DNA from: a virus
Direction: 5' to 3' (one strand)
DNA length: 64,000 nucleotides
Virus record (IMG/VR): IMGVR_UViG_3300045010_000308
Coordinates: 9,057-73,056 of that record
Shown here: piece after piece, positions 1-9,593 of the stretch
Position numbering within the stretch: the first letter of the stretch is position 1
How the letters are laid out: each line of letters opens with the position of its first letter
The notes under the pieces: model-generated
Told to the model about the DNA's origin: nothing
Database searches by the model: none
The model's input: the letters and a program-made list of their open reading frames with translations, nothing else
Made by a program: the position numbers and the translations under genes

Positions 1-2
1 CA

Positions 3-362
3 CCTAATCAGCGGGGGCGACGCAGCCGTGCGACGATCGTGCGGCAGGGTGAGAGCATCCTGAAAGTCGCCACGAATGTCGAGCGGCAGTTCGTCTCACG
101 GTCGGGTCGCACCATCTCCCGGCGTGAGGGTGGCACGCAGGTGAAACTCGCCCGCACATCGTCGGGTGCGCTGCGTGTGGTGAAAGGATGGAATCAGTTC
201 CGTGCGAAGGGCGGGCAGCCGACGAAGTGGCGGAAGGGCAGCGACCAGTTCCTGTATCGAGCAGTCACGCTGACGCAGGATCAGATCAGCGACTCATACC
301 AGCGGTTCATCGACGAGATGACGAAGCCTGCGTTCCCCGACTCTGGCAGAGAAGCCGCCTAG
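3..362 (+). CDS. hypothetical tail-region protein, 5'-truncated (frame open to window start)
   Basis: Frame of the 39..362 ORF has no stop back to base 3; basic protein directly upstream of the tape measure gene. Confidence 0.55.
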   Translation, partial: PNQRGRRSRATIVRQGESILKVATNVERQFVSRSGRTISRREGGTQVKLARTSSGALRVVKGWNQFRAKGGQPTKWRKGSDQFLYRAVTLTQDQISDSYQRFIDEMTKPAFPDSGREAA

Positions 363-368
363 TAATCT
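363..368 (+). promoter_or_regulatory. putative -10 element (TAATCT) for a leaderless tape measure transcript
   Basis: TAnnnT hexamer 6 nt upstream of ATG 375, no SD; typical actinobacterial leaderless geometry. Confidence 0.3.
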
Positions 369-374
369 GACCGC

Positions 375-2756
375 ATGGCTGAGCGCAAACTATCCCTGAT
401 CATTCTCGGCAAGGCGACGAGTGCGCTCGCCGCCATGAAGTCGGTGGGTGACGAGGCAGGGTCGCTCGGTAAGAAGGTGACTGATCTGCTGCCGTCGATG
501 AAGACGGTGGCTCTCGCCGGGGCTGCGGCGTTCGGTGCCGTCGCCGCCGCAGCCTATGGTGCGGTGCAGGCTGCGGCTCAGGATGAGCAAAGCCAGAAGA
601 AACTCGCCGACCAGTTGCGGCGCACCACGCAGGCGACCGATGAGCAGATCGCCGCCGTCGAGCAGCACATCTCAAAGCAGATGATGCTCACGGGCGTGAC
701 CGACGACGAGTTGAGACCTGCGATGGCGAATCTGGTGCGGGCGATCGGTGATGTGAACGCTGCTCAGCAGGCACTCATCTTGGCGCAGGACATCTCGGCT
801 GCGACCGGGAAGGACTTGGAGAGCGTGTCGCTTGCGCTCGGCAAGGCGTACAACGGCAGCATCACTGCGCTCACGAAACTCGGTGTGCCGCTCGATCAGG
901 CTGCGGTAAAGTCAAAGAACCTGACGCAACTCACGAAGTCATTACAGGATCAGTTCGGTGGCGCAGCCGCAGACTCTGCCGACACCTTCTCAGGTCGTCT
1001 GCGCATCCTGCAAGTGTCGCTCGGTGAGGCGGTCGAAGGGATCGGCTACGCACTGCTGCCTGCGGCTGAGATGCTGGTGGCGTTCGTACAGAAGCGGGTC
1101 GTGCCCGTCATACAGGCGTTCAGCGACAAACTCGCTGCGGGTGGCGGGCTGCGTGATGCTCTCATCGCAGGTGCGGCACAGATGGGCACCTTCGCATTTC
1201 AGGTGATCAGCATCGCCGAGAAGATAGCGGTCGGCTTCGTCACTCTCGGTAATGCGATCGTTGCGATCGGCAAGCCGATGCTCGTCGTCATCGGTAATCT
1301 CGCCGCTGGTCTAACGCTGCTCTTCACCGGGTCGTTCAGTAAGGCGCAAAAGATGTTCGACACTTTCGAGAAGGCGTATCTCGGACTCGATGCGCTGAAA
1401 GTGAACACTCAGGATGTGGTCGCCGAGTTCGCCAAGTTCCGCACCGAGGTGGTGGCGATGCAGAAACTGAATGCTGCGCTGGCGACCACCGACCTGCTCT
1501 CTCGCCGCTACGGGCAGACGGTGAAGGATACGGGCAGCGCACAAGACGACTTCCTGAAAGTGCTGAAAGGTCTGAGCGAGACGGCGGGTGGTGCGGGCGG
1601 GAAGGTGAAGCAGGTCGCCGACGCTATGAAGACCTACACGGATGCGCTGAGCAAGGCACGGGATGCGACCCGCTCGCAGGCTGATGCGACGAGGGGTGTG
1701 CAGAAGGCGCAGACCGATCTGGCTGCAAAGACAACTGCGGTGGCTGCTGCTCAGGCACGGTTCGACACCGTGATGCGTGGCTTCCCGGCGACGGCTAAGG
1801 AGAGCATCGCAGCGTCTCGCCGTTTCGCCGACGCACAGCGAGGTGTGCGAGACGCAGGTTTGCAGGTCGCCGATGCGGTGCGTGGGGTGCAGGATGCCGA
1901 GCAGCGTCTCGCCGAACTGCGGGCGAAGCAGGCTGATGCGGCGAAGGTGGCGGGTGCTGAGCGGTCGCTGGAACGGTCGAAGTACGGGGTGGAAGAGGCG
2001 AACTTTCGTGTGGCTGACGCTGAGCGGGAACTCGCTGAACTGCGTGCCGACCCGAACGCATCGGCGATCGACCTGCGGCGTGCGGAGATCGCTCTGGCTG
2101 AGGCGAAACTCGGTGTGTCTGATGCGGTGCAGTCGGTCGCCGATGCTGAGAAGCGTCTGGCGGATGAGCGGAACATGGCGGCTACCGCCGACGAGTTGGC
2201 TGACGCTGAGCGCAATCTGGAACGGGCGGAGTATGCGGTGACGGATGCGCTCGATGCGCAGCGGCGTGCGACGGATGAGCAGTCCGATGCGCAGCAGCAT
2301 CTCAACGAGATCACCTACGGTGCGGTCATCGGGTCGGTGGCGCACACGGCTGCGCTGAAAGAACTGGATGATGCGAAGCAGGCGCAGGTCGAGGCATCCG
2401 ATGCGCTCGCCGACGCTCTGCGCCGTGAGGCGGATGCGATGCGTGACCTGATCGCCGCACAGAAGGCTCTGCTGGAAGTGCAGGCGGCGACGAAGCCGAG
2501 GGTGCAGGCGGCTGCTCAGGCTGCGCTCGGTGTGTCGGTCGGTGCGGGCGGGGCGATCAGCGAGGCGATCGGCACCGTGTCAGCATCAGGTACGGCTGCG
2601 GCTGCGCCGGGTGGCACGCTGAATGTGCGGGTGGAGACCAGCCCGTTCGTGAACCCGCAGGATGTGGGGGCAGAGGTGGTCGATGCTCTCGCAGCGTACC
2701 TGCGCAGCAACGGCACGATCCCGATCCCTGTCGGCTCGTTTCTAGGCGTGGTCTGA
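375..2756 (+). CDS. tail tape measure protein (left-hand phage)
   Basis: 793 aa, Ala-rich and helical; N-terminal TMP-like region (QDISAATGKDLESVSLALGKAY, FGGAAADSADTFSG), hydrophobic middle, coiled-coil ADAERxLA repeats; followed by tail-tip gene. Confidence 0.85.
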   Translation: MAERKLSLIILGKATSALAAMKSVGDEAGSLGKKVTDLLPSMKTVALAGAAAFGAVAAAAYGAVQAAAQDEQSQKKLADQLRRTTQATDEQIAAVEQHISKQMMLTGVTDDELRPAMANLVRAIGDVNAAQQALILAQDISAATGKDLESVSLALGKAYNGSITALTKLGVPLDQAAVKSKNLTQLTKSLQDQFGGAAADSADTFSGRLRILQVSLGEAVEGIGYALLPAAEMLVAFVQKRVVPVIQAFSDKLAAGGGLRDALIAGAAQMGTFAFQVISIAEKIAVGFVTLGNAIVAIGKPMLVVIGNLAAGLTLLFTGSFSKAQKMFDTFEKAYLGLDALKVNTQDVVAEFAKFRTEVVAMQKLNAALATTDLLSRRYGQTVKDTGSAQDDFLKVLKGLSETAGGAGGKVKQVADAMKTYTDALSKARDATRSQADATRGVQKAQTDLAAKTTAVAAAQARFDTVMRGFPATAKESIAASRRFADAQRGVRDAGLQVADAVRGVQDAEQRLAELRAKQADAAKVAGAERSLERSKYGVEEANFRVADAERELAELRADPNASAIDLRRAEIALAEAKLGVSDAVQSVADAEKRLADERNMAATADELADAERNLERAEYAVTDALDAQRRATDEQSDAQQHLNEITYGAVIGSVAHTAALKELDDAKQAQVEASDALADALRREADAMRDLIAAQKALLEVQAATKPRVQAAAQAALGVSVGAGGAISEAIGTVSASGTAAAAPGGTLNVRVETSPFVNPQDVGAEVVDALAAYLRSNGTIPIPVGSFLGVV

Positions 2757-2757
2757 G

Positions 2758-4005
2758 GTGGCTACCACGCTCGTCTTCGGTGAGCAGATCACGGTGCTCG
2801 CCGCTCTCGGTTTCATCGTCAGAGAGTTCACGCTCGACAGCAGCACGCTCAACGGTGACGATGTGCTCGACGGCACGCTCGAAGGTCTAGACATCTCGCC
2901 GTATGTGCAGAGCCTGAGCATCAACCGGGGCAGGTCTGACCAGTTCTCGTCATTCAGGGCGGGCACCTGCACGATCGTGCTCAACAACGCCGATCGCCGC
3001 TTCGACCCGATCAACGAAGACTCGCCGTATTGGGATGCGACGACAGACAAGAGCGGGGTGACTCCGAGGCGGCGGGTGCAGGTGTCGTCTGGCAGCACCG
3101 CACTGTTCACGGGGCGCATCACCGACATAGATGTGGCGTATGACTTCTCGAACAGCACGGTGACGATCATCGCCGCCGACGACTTCGTGCTGCTGGCGAA
3201 CACGGTGACGGGTGCGGCGAGCACCCCGACCGCCGAACTGTCGGGTGCCCGTGTCGCACGGGTACTCGACCTGACCGAGGTGGATTATCCGAGCGACACG
3301 AGAAGCATCGACACGGGTGTGGCGACGGTCGGTGCGTATCAGATAGATGCCAACACGAATGTGGCGGCGTATCTCGCACGAGTCGCCGACGCTGAGCAGG
3401 GTCTCTTCTTCATACAGGCTGACGGCTACCTGCGGTTCTCGGATCGCACCAGCGGCGTATTCTCATCGCCTGTCGCCACCTTCGCTGATGACGGGTCAGG
3501 CATCGACTATCAGGGGCTGAGCACGATCTACGGGCAAGAGTTCCTGTTCAACCGTGTGCAGGCGACGACCGAGACGGGCACGGTGCAGGCTGCCGATGAT
3601 GCGGCGAGCCAGACCGAGTTCGGCATCTCCACCTTGTCGCTCGACAACCTGCTGCTCGCCAGCGATGGGGCTGCGCTCACTCTCGCCGAGCATCTGCTCA
3701 GTCTCTACAAAGACCCTGTGTATCGGTTCGACGACCTGCGGCTGGTGGTCTCGGCGATGACATCGGCGAACAGGAATGCGGTGCTCGGCATCGACATGGG
3801 CAGCGTCATCCGCATCACTCGCACCTTCCCGACAGGCAGCCCGGCGACGGTCACCGACGACTACGGGGTGGAGAGGATCACGCACCAGATACTGCCCGAC
3901 CGTCACATCGTCACGCTCGGTCTCTATGTCGCCGATCTCGTCTTCCCGTTCGTGCTCGACGATGCGACCTACGGTGTGCTCGACGCTCATAACGCCGTGA
4001 CCTGA
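2758..4005 (+). CDS. minor tail / tail-tip hub protein
   Basis: 415 aa directly after TMP; motifs SINRGR, GTCTIVLNNADRRFDP, LFTGRI, EQGLFFIQADG recur in siphophage tail-tip proteins. Confidence 0.7.
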   Translation: MATTLVFGEQITVLAALGFIVREFTLDSSTLNGDDVLDGTLEGLDISPYVQSLSINRGRSDQFSSFRAGTCTIVLNNADRRFDPINEDSPYWDATTDKSGVTPRRRVQVSSGSTALFTGRITDIDVAYDFSNSTVTIIAADDFVLLANTVTGAASTPTAELSGARVARVLDLTEVDYPSDTRSIDTGVATVGAYQIDANTNVAAYLARVADAEQGLFFIQADGYLRFSDRTSGVFSSPVATFADDGSGIDYQGLSTIYGQEFLFNRVQATTETGTVQAADDAASQTEFGISTLSLDNLLLASDGAALTLAEHLLSLYKDPVYRFDDLRLVVSAMTSANRNAVLGIDMGSVIRITRTFPTGSPATVTDDYGVERITHQILPDRHIVTLGLYVADLVFPFVLDDATYGVLDAHNAVT

Positions 4006-4007
4006 CC

Positions 4008-4016
4008 TGTTAGTAT
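4008..4016 (+). promoter_or_regulatory. putative extended -10 promoter (TGTTAGTAT)
   Basis: TGnTAnnnT 9 nt upstream of ATG 4026. Confidence 0.3.
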
Positions 4017-4025
4017 CTCAGTTCT

Positions 4026-4304
4026 ATGGCGATAACGGGCACACGACAGTGGGTGGCGGGCGAGACTGTCACGGCTGCGCTCGTGAATCAGTATCTGATG
4101 CGTGGCGTGAAGGTGTTTGCTGATGCTGCGACTCGTGACGCTGCCTACGATGGTGCTGGTGAACCGACTCTGGAAGAGGGCGAAGTGTGTTATCTCGCCG
4201 ACACGAATCAGGTGCTGGCGTACTCAGGTTCGGCGTGGTCGCCCGTAGGGGATGATGCGCCTGACTCTGATCAGATCGTGCTCGCAGCAGCAGTGTTCAG
4301 TTAG
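4026..4304 (+). CDS. module I anchor protein (tail-fibre N-terminal-like)
   Basis: 92 aa; WVAGETVTAALVNQYLM and EGEVCYLADTN resemble tail-fibre attachment segments; ends DSDQIVLAAAVFS, like the ends of 7775 and 9594. Confidence 0.6.
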   Translation: MAITGTRQWVAGETVTAALVNQYLMRGVKVFADAATRDAAYDGAGEPTLEEGEVCYLADTNQVLAYSGSAWSPVGDDAPDSDQIVLAAAVFS

Positions 4305-4316
4305 GAAGGATAAACG

Positions 4317-4679
4317 ATGGCGACATTTAGCAAGATCAAACTGAGCGGCTCGACAGATGGGCGGCTCATCAAGGTGGCGCAGACGGCGACTGCTGGCACG
4401 ACGATTCACACAGGTAGCAGCACGGCGACGACAATCGACGAGGTGTGGCTCTATGCGGTGAACTCTGATACGACTGACCGCAAACTCACGATCGAGTTCG
4501 GTGGTACTTCGTCGCCTGATGATCTCATCGAGCAGACGATCACTGCCGAGTCGGGTCTGCTGCTTGTTGTCGCTGGTCTCGTGATCGTCGGGAACGCTAC
4601 GCCGCTTGTGGTGCGTGCGTTTGCCGCTACTGCGAATGTGGTGATGGTCGGCGGTTATGTGAACCGCATCACCGCATAG
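4317..4679 (+). CDS. module I ~120-aa adaptor-like protein (paralog of 8045 and 9916)
   Basis: SD-like AGGAAGGA; MATFSK..LSGSTDGRLIKV..DEVWLYA..GYVNRITA, clearly homologous to two downstream copies. Confidence 0.75.
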   Translation: MATFSKIKLSGSTDGRLIKVAQTATAGTTIHTGSSTATTIDEVWLYAVNSDTTDRKLTIEFGGTSSPDDLIEQTITAESGLLLVVAGLVIVGNATPLVVRAFAATANVVMVGGYVNRITA

Positions 4680-4694
4680 GCGGCGACTGATGCG
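4656..4694 (+). repeat. 39-bp exact direct repeat, second copy at 8387..8425
   Basis: TATGTGAACCGCATCACCGCATAGGCGGCGACTGATGCG spans the adaptor stop, intergenic gap and adhesin start in modules I and II; a further 23-bp identity at 4725..4747 / 8456..8478. Confidence 0.9.
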
Positions 4695-6345
4695 ATACGG
4701 TGAGCGTTCTCGTTCGGGTACGAAGGTAAGCGGCTGGACTAAGCGTGATGTTGGCAAGCAAACGCTCGCCGTCGAGTTCCTGCTGGTCGGCGGCGGCGGA
4801 GGCGGCGGTTGCGGCGGAGGCGGTGGTGCTTGCGGAGGCGGCGGTGCTGGCGGGTTCGTCACAGGCTCTGGGATTATCGGCAAGACGACCTACACGGTGA
4901 AAGTCGGTGCAGCAGGAGCGGCGGCTACACAAAGCACAGCAGCAGGCGGCAACAACGGCAGCAACGGCACCGCATCATCGTTCATCTCATCTGCCAACGG
5001 CGGAGGCGGCGGCGCAGGAGCCGACGCCACCGTCGCCGTGAATGGTCAAGTCGGCGGTTCGGGCGGCGGTGGAGGCTCAAACAGCGGCGCAGGCGGTAGC
5101 GGTGTCTCAGGCGAAGGCAACAACGGAGCAGCAGCAGTCGGACAAGGTACGGGCGGAGGCGGCGGCGGCAAAGGCAGCGCAGCATCAGGCTCCACAGGCG
5201 GCAGCGGCTCGACCAACGACTTCACGGGTACCAGCATCACTTACTCGGCTGGCGGCAACGCCAGCGGAGGAGCGTCAGGTGCGGCGAACACGGGCAACGG
5301 CGGGCAAGGTAGCGGCACCGCCACAGGCTCGATTGCAGGCGCAGGCGGCTCGGGTCGCGTCGTCATCCGCTACCTCACCAGCGACGCAACTGGCTTGACG
5401 GTGACGGCATCAGGCGGCACATCGTTGCCCGTGGGCCTGTACACGGTCTGGACATTCACCTCGTCGGGAAGTTTCACGGTCACCGGCACGACATCGGTGA
5501 CCGACACGGCGGGTTTTTATGGAACCGCCACAGGCGGAACGGTGATCGCCGACCCGGCGGTGATCAACGGGCAAAACTACAGGATACTGCAGTTCACGGA
5601 ATCGGGCACGCTGGCCGTGACGAAGGCCGGGCTGTTCGACGTGTTGATGGTCGGCGGCGGCGGATCCGGTGGTTTCAGACCCAACGCTGGTAGTGCTGGC
5701 GGCGGTGGCGGTGGTGGCGTCGTCGAACAAACTTTCTTTGCGAGCGCAAACCAGACCGTGACTGTCGGTGCGAAAGGTATCGCGGTCACAACACAAGGTT
5801 CGGGTAATCGTGGTTCGTTCAGTCGTGTTGGTTCTCTTGCCGCCGGTGGTGGCGGCGGTGGGATAGGAACCGATGGCATTGGGTACGTGAATGGCGATAG
5901 TGCTGGTTGTGGCGGTGGCGGTGTAGGTAGCAACTCGTTCGGTCTTCGCACAGGCGGCTTGTCGCTGATTACACAAGGCAACAACGGTGGCGACGGTAGT
6001 GGAGCGTCAAGCACATCGGGTTCGGGCGGTGGCGGCGGCAGTACTTCAGTCGGCGGCAACGCTGGTCCTACGACAGGCGGAACAGGCGGCACGGGAACGG
6101 CGACGACGACCTTCACCGGTGGCACGGTAGTCACTCACATCGGTTGCGGCGGCGGCGGTGCGACAGGTTCAGGCGGCACGGGCGGAACGGCAGGCAACTC
6201 ATCTGGCGGAAATGGCGGTGTCGCAGGAACTTCCGCAGGTAGCAACGCAACTACTTCCTTCTTCGGTTCAGGCGGAGGCGGCGGTGGTGCTACTACATCC
6301 GGCGCAGGTTCGGACGGCGTCGTGTTCATCAGGTTCAAAGTATGA
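4690..6345 (+). CDS. glycine-rich (polyglycine) adhesin-like protein with two Gly-rich domains
   Basis: 551 aa; VEFLLVGGGGGGG..GGSGRVVIRY followed by FDVLMVGGGG..GSDGVVFIRFKV. Confidence 0.75.
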   Translation: MRYGERSRSGTKVSGWTKRDVGKQTLAVEFLLVGGGGGGGCGGGGGACGGGGAGGFVTGSGIIGKTTYTVKVGAAGAAATQSTAAGGNNGSNGTASSFISSANGGGGGAGADATVAVNGQVGGSGGGGGSNSGAGGSGVSGEGNNGAAAVGQGTGGGGGGKGSAASGSTGGSGSTNDFTGTSITYSAGGNASGGASGAANTGNGGQGSGTATGSIAGAGGSGRVVIRYLTSDATGLTVTASGGTSLPVGLYTVWTFTSSGSFTVTGTTSVTDTAGFYGTATGGTVIADPAVINGQNYRILQFTESGTLAVTKAGLFDVLMVGGGGSGGFRPNAGSAGGGGGGGVVEQTFFASANQTVTVGAKGIAVTTQGSGNRGSFSRVGSLAAGGGGGGIGTDGIGYVNGDSAGCGGGGVGSNSFGLRTGGLSLITQGNNGGDGSGASSTSGSGGGGGSTSVGGNAGPTTGGTGGTGTATTTFTGGTVVTHIGCGGGGATGSGGTGGTAGNSSGGNGGVAGTSAGSNATTSFFGSGGGGGGATTSGAGSDGVVFIRFKV

Positions 6346-6536
6346 ACAAGAACTATTCCGCAAAGGTCGTGAACAGCGTCGTCACCGAGATCATCGTTGC
6401 GGATCATTCATGGGCGACAGCGAACCTTGACGGCGAGTGGCATGACTTGGGCGGCGAACCGCTCACCGTTGCCGTAGGCGATACCTATGACGCGGTGAAC
6501 GATGTGTTTATATCATCCCAGGTGGATAATCCATGA
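6342..6536 (+). CDS. small chaperone-like protein (GDTYDAVNDVF family)
   Basis: 64 aa; ATGA overlap with the upstream gene; shares the GDTYDAxNDVF motif with 6621, 9314 and 12091. Confidence 0.65.
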   Translation: MNKNYSAKVVNSVVTEIIVADHSWATANLDGEWHDLGGEPLTVAVGDTYDAVNDVFISSQVDNP

Positions 6537-6620
6537 GCGTCTCGAATGTCGCTTATGTCGGGGTTCGGGGCCTAAGAATGGAATACAATACGACATCCAC
6601 ACAACAGGAGGCATAGAGCT

Positions 6621-6872
6621 ATGGCACACTTCGCAAGAGTCGAAAACGGCACCGTGCGAGAGGTCATCGTGATCGGCAACGGCGACTGCGGCGGCGGAGA
6701 GTTCCCGGCAAGCGAGTCGGTCGGCCAGGCGTTCATCGCCAAGATCGGCTTGTCGGGCGAGTGGCGGCAGACCTCTTACAACGCGAACTTTCGCGGCAAG
6801 TACGCCGGCATCGGCGACACGTACGACGCAGAAAACGACGTCTTCGTGTCCCCGGCAACCGGCGTGGAATAA
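6621..6872 (+). CDS. small chaperone-like protein (GDTYDAxNDVF family)
   Basis: 83 aa; AGGAGG SD; MAHFARV..WRQTSYNANFRGKYAGIGDTYD. Confidence 0.75.
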   Translation: MAHFARVENGTVREVIVIGNGDCGGGEFPASESVGQAFIAKIGLSGEWRQTSYNANFRGKYAGIGDTYDAENDVFVSPATGVE

Positions 6873-6880
6873 AGACAACT

Positions 6881-7561
6881 ATGCCGTTCACGTCCGTCTT
6901 GGGCGCCTCGTCGGTCATCAAGCCAGGCGTGTGCACCTCGTCCACTCGCCCGACTGCGCCCTATGTCGGGCAGCTGGTGTTCGAGACCGACACGAACCGT
7001 CTTGTGGTGTTCACGGCCTCTGGCTGGGTGTATCAAACTGCGACTGGAGCGCCTGGATTGGTCCTCGTCAAGTCGGAGACTTCGTTTTCTGGGTCGTCGA
7101 GCGTGACCGCCGACGGCGTGTTCACCAGCACCTACACCAACTACAGGGTTGACCTGCGCTACGAAACGTCGGGGTCGGGCAACGAAGTAAGACTCAGACT
7201 GCGAACAGGCGGCACGAGCACAAGCAGCAACTACAACGTCCAGCAAATGATATTCGATCACGCAACATCGTTCTCGTCACGTCAATCGTCACTAACAAGT
7301 TTTCCTTTGTCGGGTCAAACCAACGGGTCGTTCGTCAGCGCGGTGACGTGCACGATTTTCGGACCGCAACTCACGTCACCGACGCAGTTCATCGCCAACA
7401 ATGCACCCAACCAAGGTGCTTACACGACGCCGCAGGCTGGCCAGAACAGCGGCAACCAATCGTCGTCAACGTCGTTCGACGGCATAGAGTTCTTCCCGAC
7501 ATCTGGGTCGCCGTCCACGATGACCGGCTCCTACACGATCTACGGATTGGCAAAGTCATGA
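6881..7561 (+). CDS. putative short tail-fibre / receptor-binding protein
   Basis: Start reassigned to ATG 6881 (MPFTSVLG); CTSSTRPTAPYVGQLVFETDT attachment-like motif, then a Ser/Thr-rich beta domain ending GSYTIYG. Confidence 0.6.
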   Translation: MPFTSVLGASSVIKPGVCTSSTRPTAPYVGQLVFETDTNRLVVFTASGWVYQTATGAPGLVLVKSETSFSGSSSVTADGVFTSTYTNYRVDLRYETSGSGNEVRLRLRTGGTSTSSNYNVQQMIFDHATSFSSRQSSLTSFPLSGQTNGSFVSAVTCTIFGPQLTSPTQFIANNAPNQGAYTTPQAGQNSGNQSSSTSFDGIEFFPTSGSPSTMTGSYTIYGLAKS

Positions 7562-7773
7562 CCTACCGCATCAACGACAACGGCACCGACCGCGACATGA
7601 CGGCGGCAGAAGCCGCCATCTACGAGCAGGCGGTCGCCGACGCACTAGCCCAGGCTGCGGCGGGGGCGGCTGCCCTGGAAGCAGCCGTCGCCGCAAGAGC
7701 ATCCGCAAAAGCCAAGCTCGCCGCGCTGGGATTGACCGAGGCAGAGATCAACGCCCTCACGGGAGGAATGTAA
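7558..7773 (+). CDS. small tail-fibre-associated protein
   Basis: 71 aa from ATG 7558 (ATGA overlap); RDMTAAE..AKAKLAALGLTEAEINAL. Confidence 0.6.
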   Translation: MTYRINDNGTDRDMTAAEAAIYEQAVADALAQAAAGAAALEAAVAARASAKAKLAALGLTEAEINALTGGM

Positions 7774-7774
7774 G

Positions 7775-8035
7775 GTGCCGATAGACTTCCCCAACTCGCC
7801 GTCAAACAACCAGGTCTACGCCGTCGGCAACAGGTCGTGGGTCTACGCCACAGCAACGAATACTTGGACATTGCAGTCTTCTGCGGTGCTTGGAGCCAAT
7901 ACTGTCACCACCTCAGAGATAGCAGATGGTACGATAGTCAACGCAGACATCTCTGCTGCGGCGGCGATCAACACGACAAAGATAACCAACTGGGAAGATG
8001 ACCAAGTCGTCATCTCCAGCCAGATCTTTGGATAA
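7775..8035 (+). CDS. module II anchor protein (MPIDFPNSP type)
   Basis: 86 aa; N-terminus shared with 9594; ends WEDDQVVISSQIFG. Confidence 0.65.
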   Translation: MPIDFPNSPSNNQVYAVGNRSWVYATATNTWTLQSSAVLGANTVTTSEIADGTIVNADISAAAAINTTKITNWEDDQVVISSQIFG

Positions 8036-8044
8036 GGAGGCAGC

Positions 8045-8410
8045 GTGGCGACCTACAGCAAGGTTCAACTCAGCGGCGGTGCGGGTGGCAGGCTCATCAA
8101 GGTCGCCGCAACGGCGACGGCTGGTACCGCCATTCACACGACCGGTGTATCGACCAGCACACTCGACGAGGTCTGGCTGTATGCGCAAAATGACCACACG
8201 TCCGACGTGCTGCTGACGATCGAGTTTGGCGGCACCTCGTCGCCAGATGACTTGATCCGCCAGACAATCACGTCTCGCGCTGGCTTGCTGCTGGTCGTTC
8301 CAGGGCTTCTTTTGGCGGGCGACGGCTCAAGTGGCCGTGCGGTGCGCGCGTTCGCGGCGACTGCGAACGTGGTGATGGTCGGCGGCTATGTGAACCGCAT
8401 CACCGCATAG
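8045..8410 (+). CDS. module II ~120-aa adaptor-like protein
   Basis: TAAGGAGG SD; paralog of 4317, same C-terminus VRAFAATANVVMVGGYVNRITA. Confidence 0.75.
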   Translation: MATYSKVQLSGGAGGRLIKVAATATAGTAIHTTGVSTSTLDEVWLYAQNDHTSDVLLTIEFGGTSSPDDLIRQTITSRAGLLLVVPGLLLAGDGSSGRAVRAFAATANVVMVGGYVNRITA

Positions 8411-8420
8411 GCGGCGACTG

Positions 8421-9314
8421 ATGCGTTTCGGTGAGCGCACTCGTTCAGGTACTTTGGTAAGCGGCTGGACTAAGCGTGCTGTGTCGACTGGTCTTCCCCT
8501 AGCGGTTGAGTATCTAGTCATCGCTGGTGGCGGCGGTGGTGGCACGGGTGGCGGCGGCGGTGGTGGTGCGGGTGGTTACAGAAATGGAACAGTGGGTGAG
8601 ACGACAGGCGGCGGCGGCGGCGCAGAGGCGGCGATGCCAATCACGGCTAATGTTTTGTACACCATTACCATCGGTGGTGGTGGTGCTTCTGCAACCAGCG
8701 GCTCCGATAGTTCGATTTCTGGTACTGGGCTATCAACAATAACATCCACTGGTGGCGGCAGAGGTGGAAACTTTGTTACCGCAGGAAGCACTGGTGGTTC
8801 TGGCGGCGGCGGCGGCAAAGACGGCGGTGGTAGTGGCGCAAGAACAACATCACCCGTGATTCAGGGAAATGTTGGTGGTGCGAGCCTGGGCGGTGCAACC
8901 TTTGGTTCTGGCGGCGGCGGCGGTGCTGGCGCTGTCGGTTCGGCAGGACTAGTCAACGAAGCAGGAGGTAACGGAGGCAACGGGCTTTCATCTTCGATTT
9001 CAGGGTCATCAGTTACACGCGCTGGCGGCGGCGGCGGCGGCCACAACGGCAATCAAGGTACTGGTGGTTCTGGCGGCGGCGGAAATGGTAGTGGTACTAC
9101 TTCAGGCAGCCCCGGCTCAGTGAATACAGGTAGTGGTGGTGGTGGTGGGAGTTACCAGGGCGGTTCTGGTGGTTCTGGTGGTAAGGGAGTCGTCATTATC
9201 AGACAACCCATCACGGCAAAGTCTCCGACAACACTGACAGGCGCAACGACGACCGATACGGCAACGCATCGTGTCTTCACCTTCAACGACAGCGGAACTA
9301 TCAGGTGGTCATAA
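8421..9314 (+). CDS. glycine-rich adhesin-like protein
   Basis: 297 aa; N-terminus MRFGERTRSGTLVSGWTKR matches 4690; VEYLVIAGGGGGG..GGKGVVIIR. Confidence 0.75.
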   Translation: MRFGERTRSGTLVSGWTKRAVSTGLPLAVEYLVIAGGGGGGTGGGGGGGAGGYRNGTVGETTGGGGGAEAAMPITANVLYTITIGGGGASATSGSDSSISGTGLSTITSTGGGRGGNFVTAGSTGGSGGGGGKDGGGSGARTTSPVIQGNVGGASLGGATFGSGGGGGAGAVGSAGLVNEAGGNGGNGLSSSISGSSVTRAGGGGGGHNGNQGTGGSGGGGNGSGTTSGSPGSVNTGSGGGGGSYQGGSGGSGGKGVVIIRQPITAKSPTTLTGATTTDTATHRVFTFNDSGTIRWS

Positions 9315-9586
9315 TGGCGTACTTCGCTGAACTCGACGACACGAACACGGTGCTGAGAGTGATCAGCGTCAGCAACGATGTGTGCGGTGAACCGACGCTC
9401 GCATTCCCCGATACCGAAGCCGCTGGTCGTGCGTTCATCGCCAACACGCTGAAACTTGGCGGCACTTGGAAGCAGACTTCGTACAACGCCAACTTCCGTG
9501 GCAAGTACGCAGGCATCGGGGACACTTATGATGCGGTGAACGACGTCTTCGTTGCGCCGACGCCGCCAGGCGGCGAGATAGGATAG
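9314..9586 (+). CDS. small chaperone-like protein (GDTYDAVNDVF family)
   Basis: 90 aa from ATG 9314 (TAATG overlap); WKQTSYNANFRGKYAGIGDTYDAVNDVF. Confidence 0.75.
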   Translation: MAYFAELDDTNTVLRVISVSNDVCGEPTLAFPDTEAAGRAFIANTLKLGGTWKQTSYNANFRGKYAGIGDTYDAVNDVFVAPTPPGGEIG

Positions 9587-9593
9587 GCTACCG

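Noticed and set aside
6537-6620. Internal promoter or ncRNA in the 84-nt gap (TACAAT at 6584-6589)
   Set aside because: No extended -10 TG or -35 match and no convincing structure; too weak to call.
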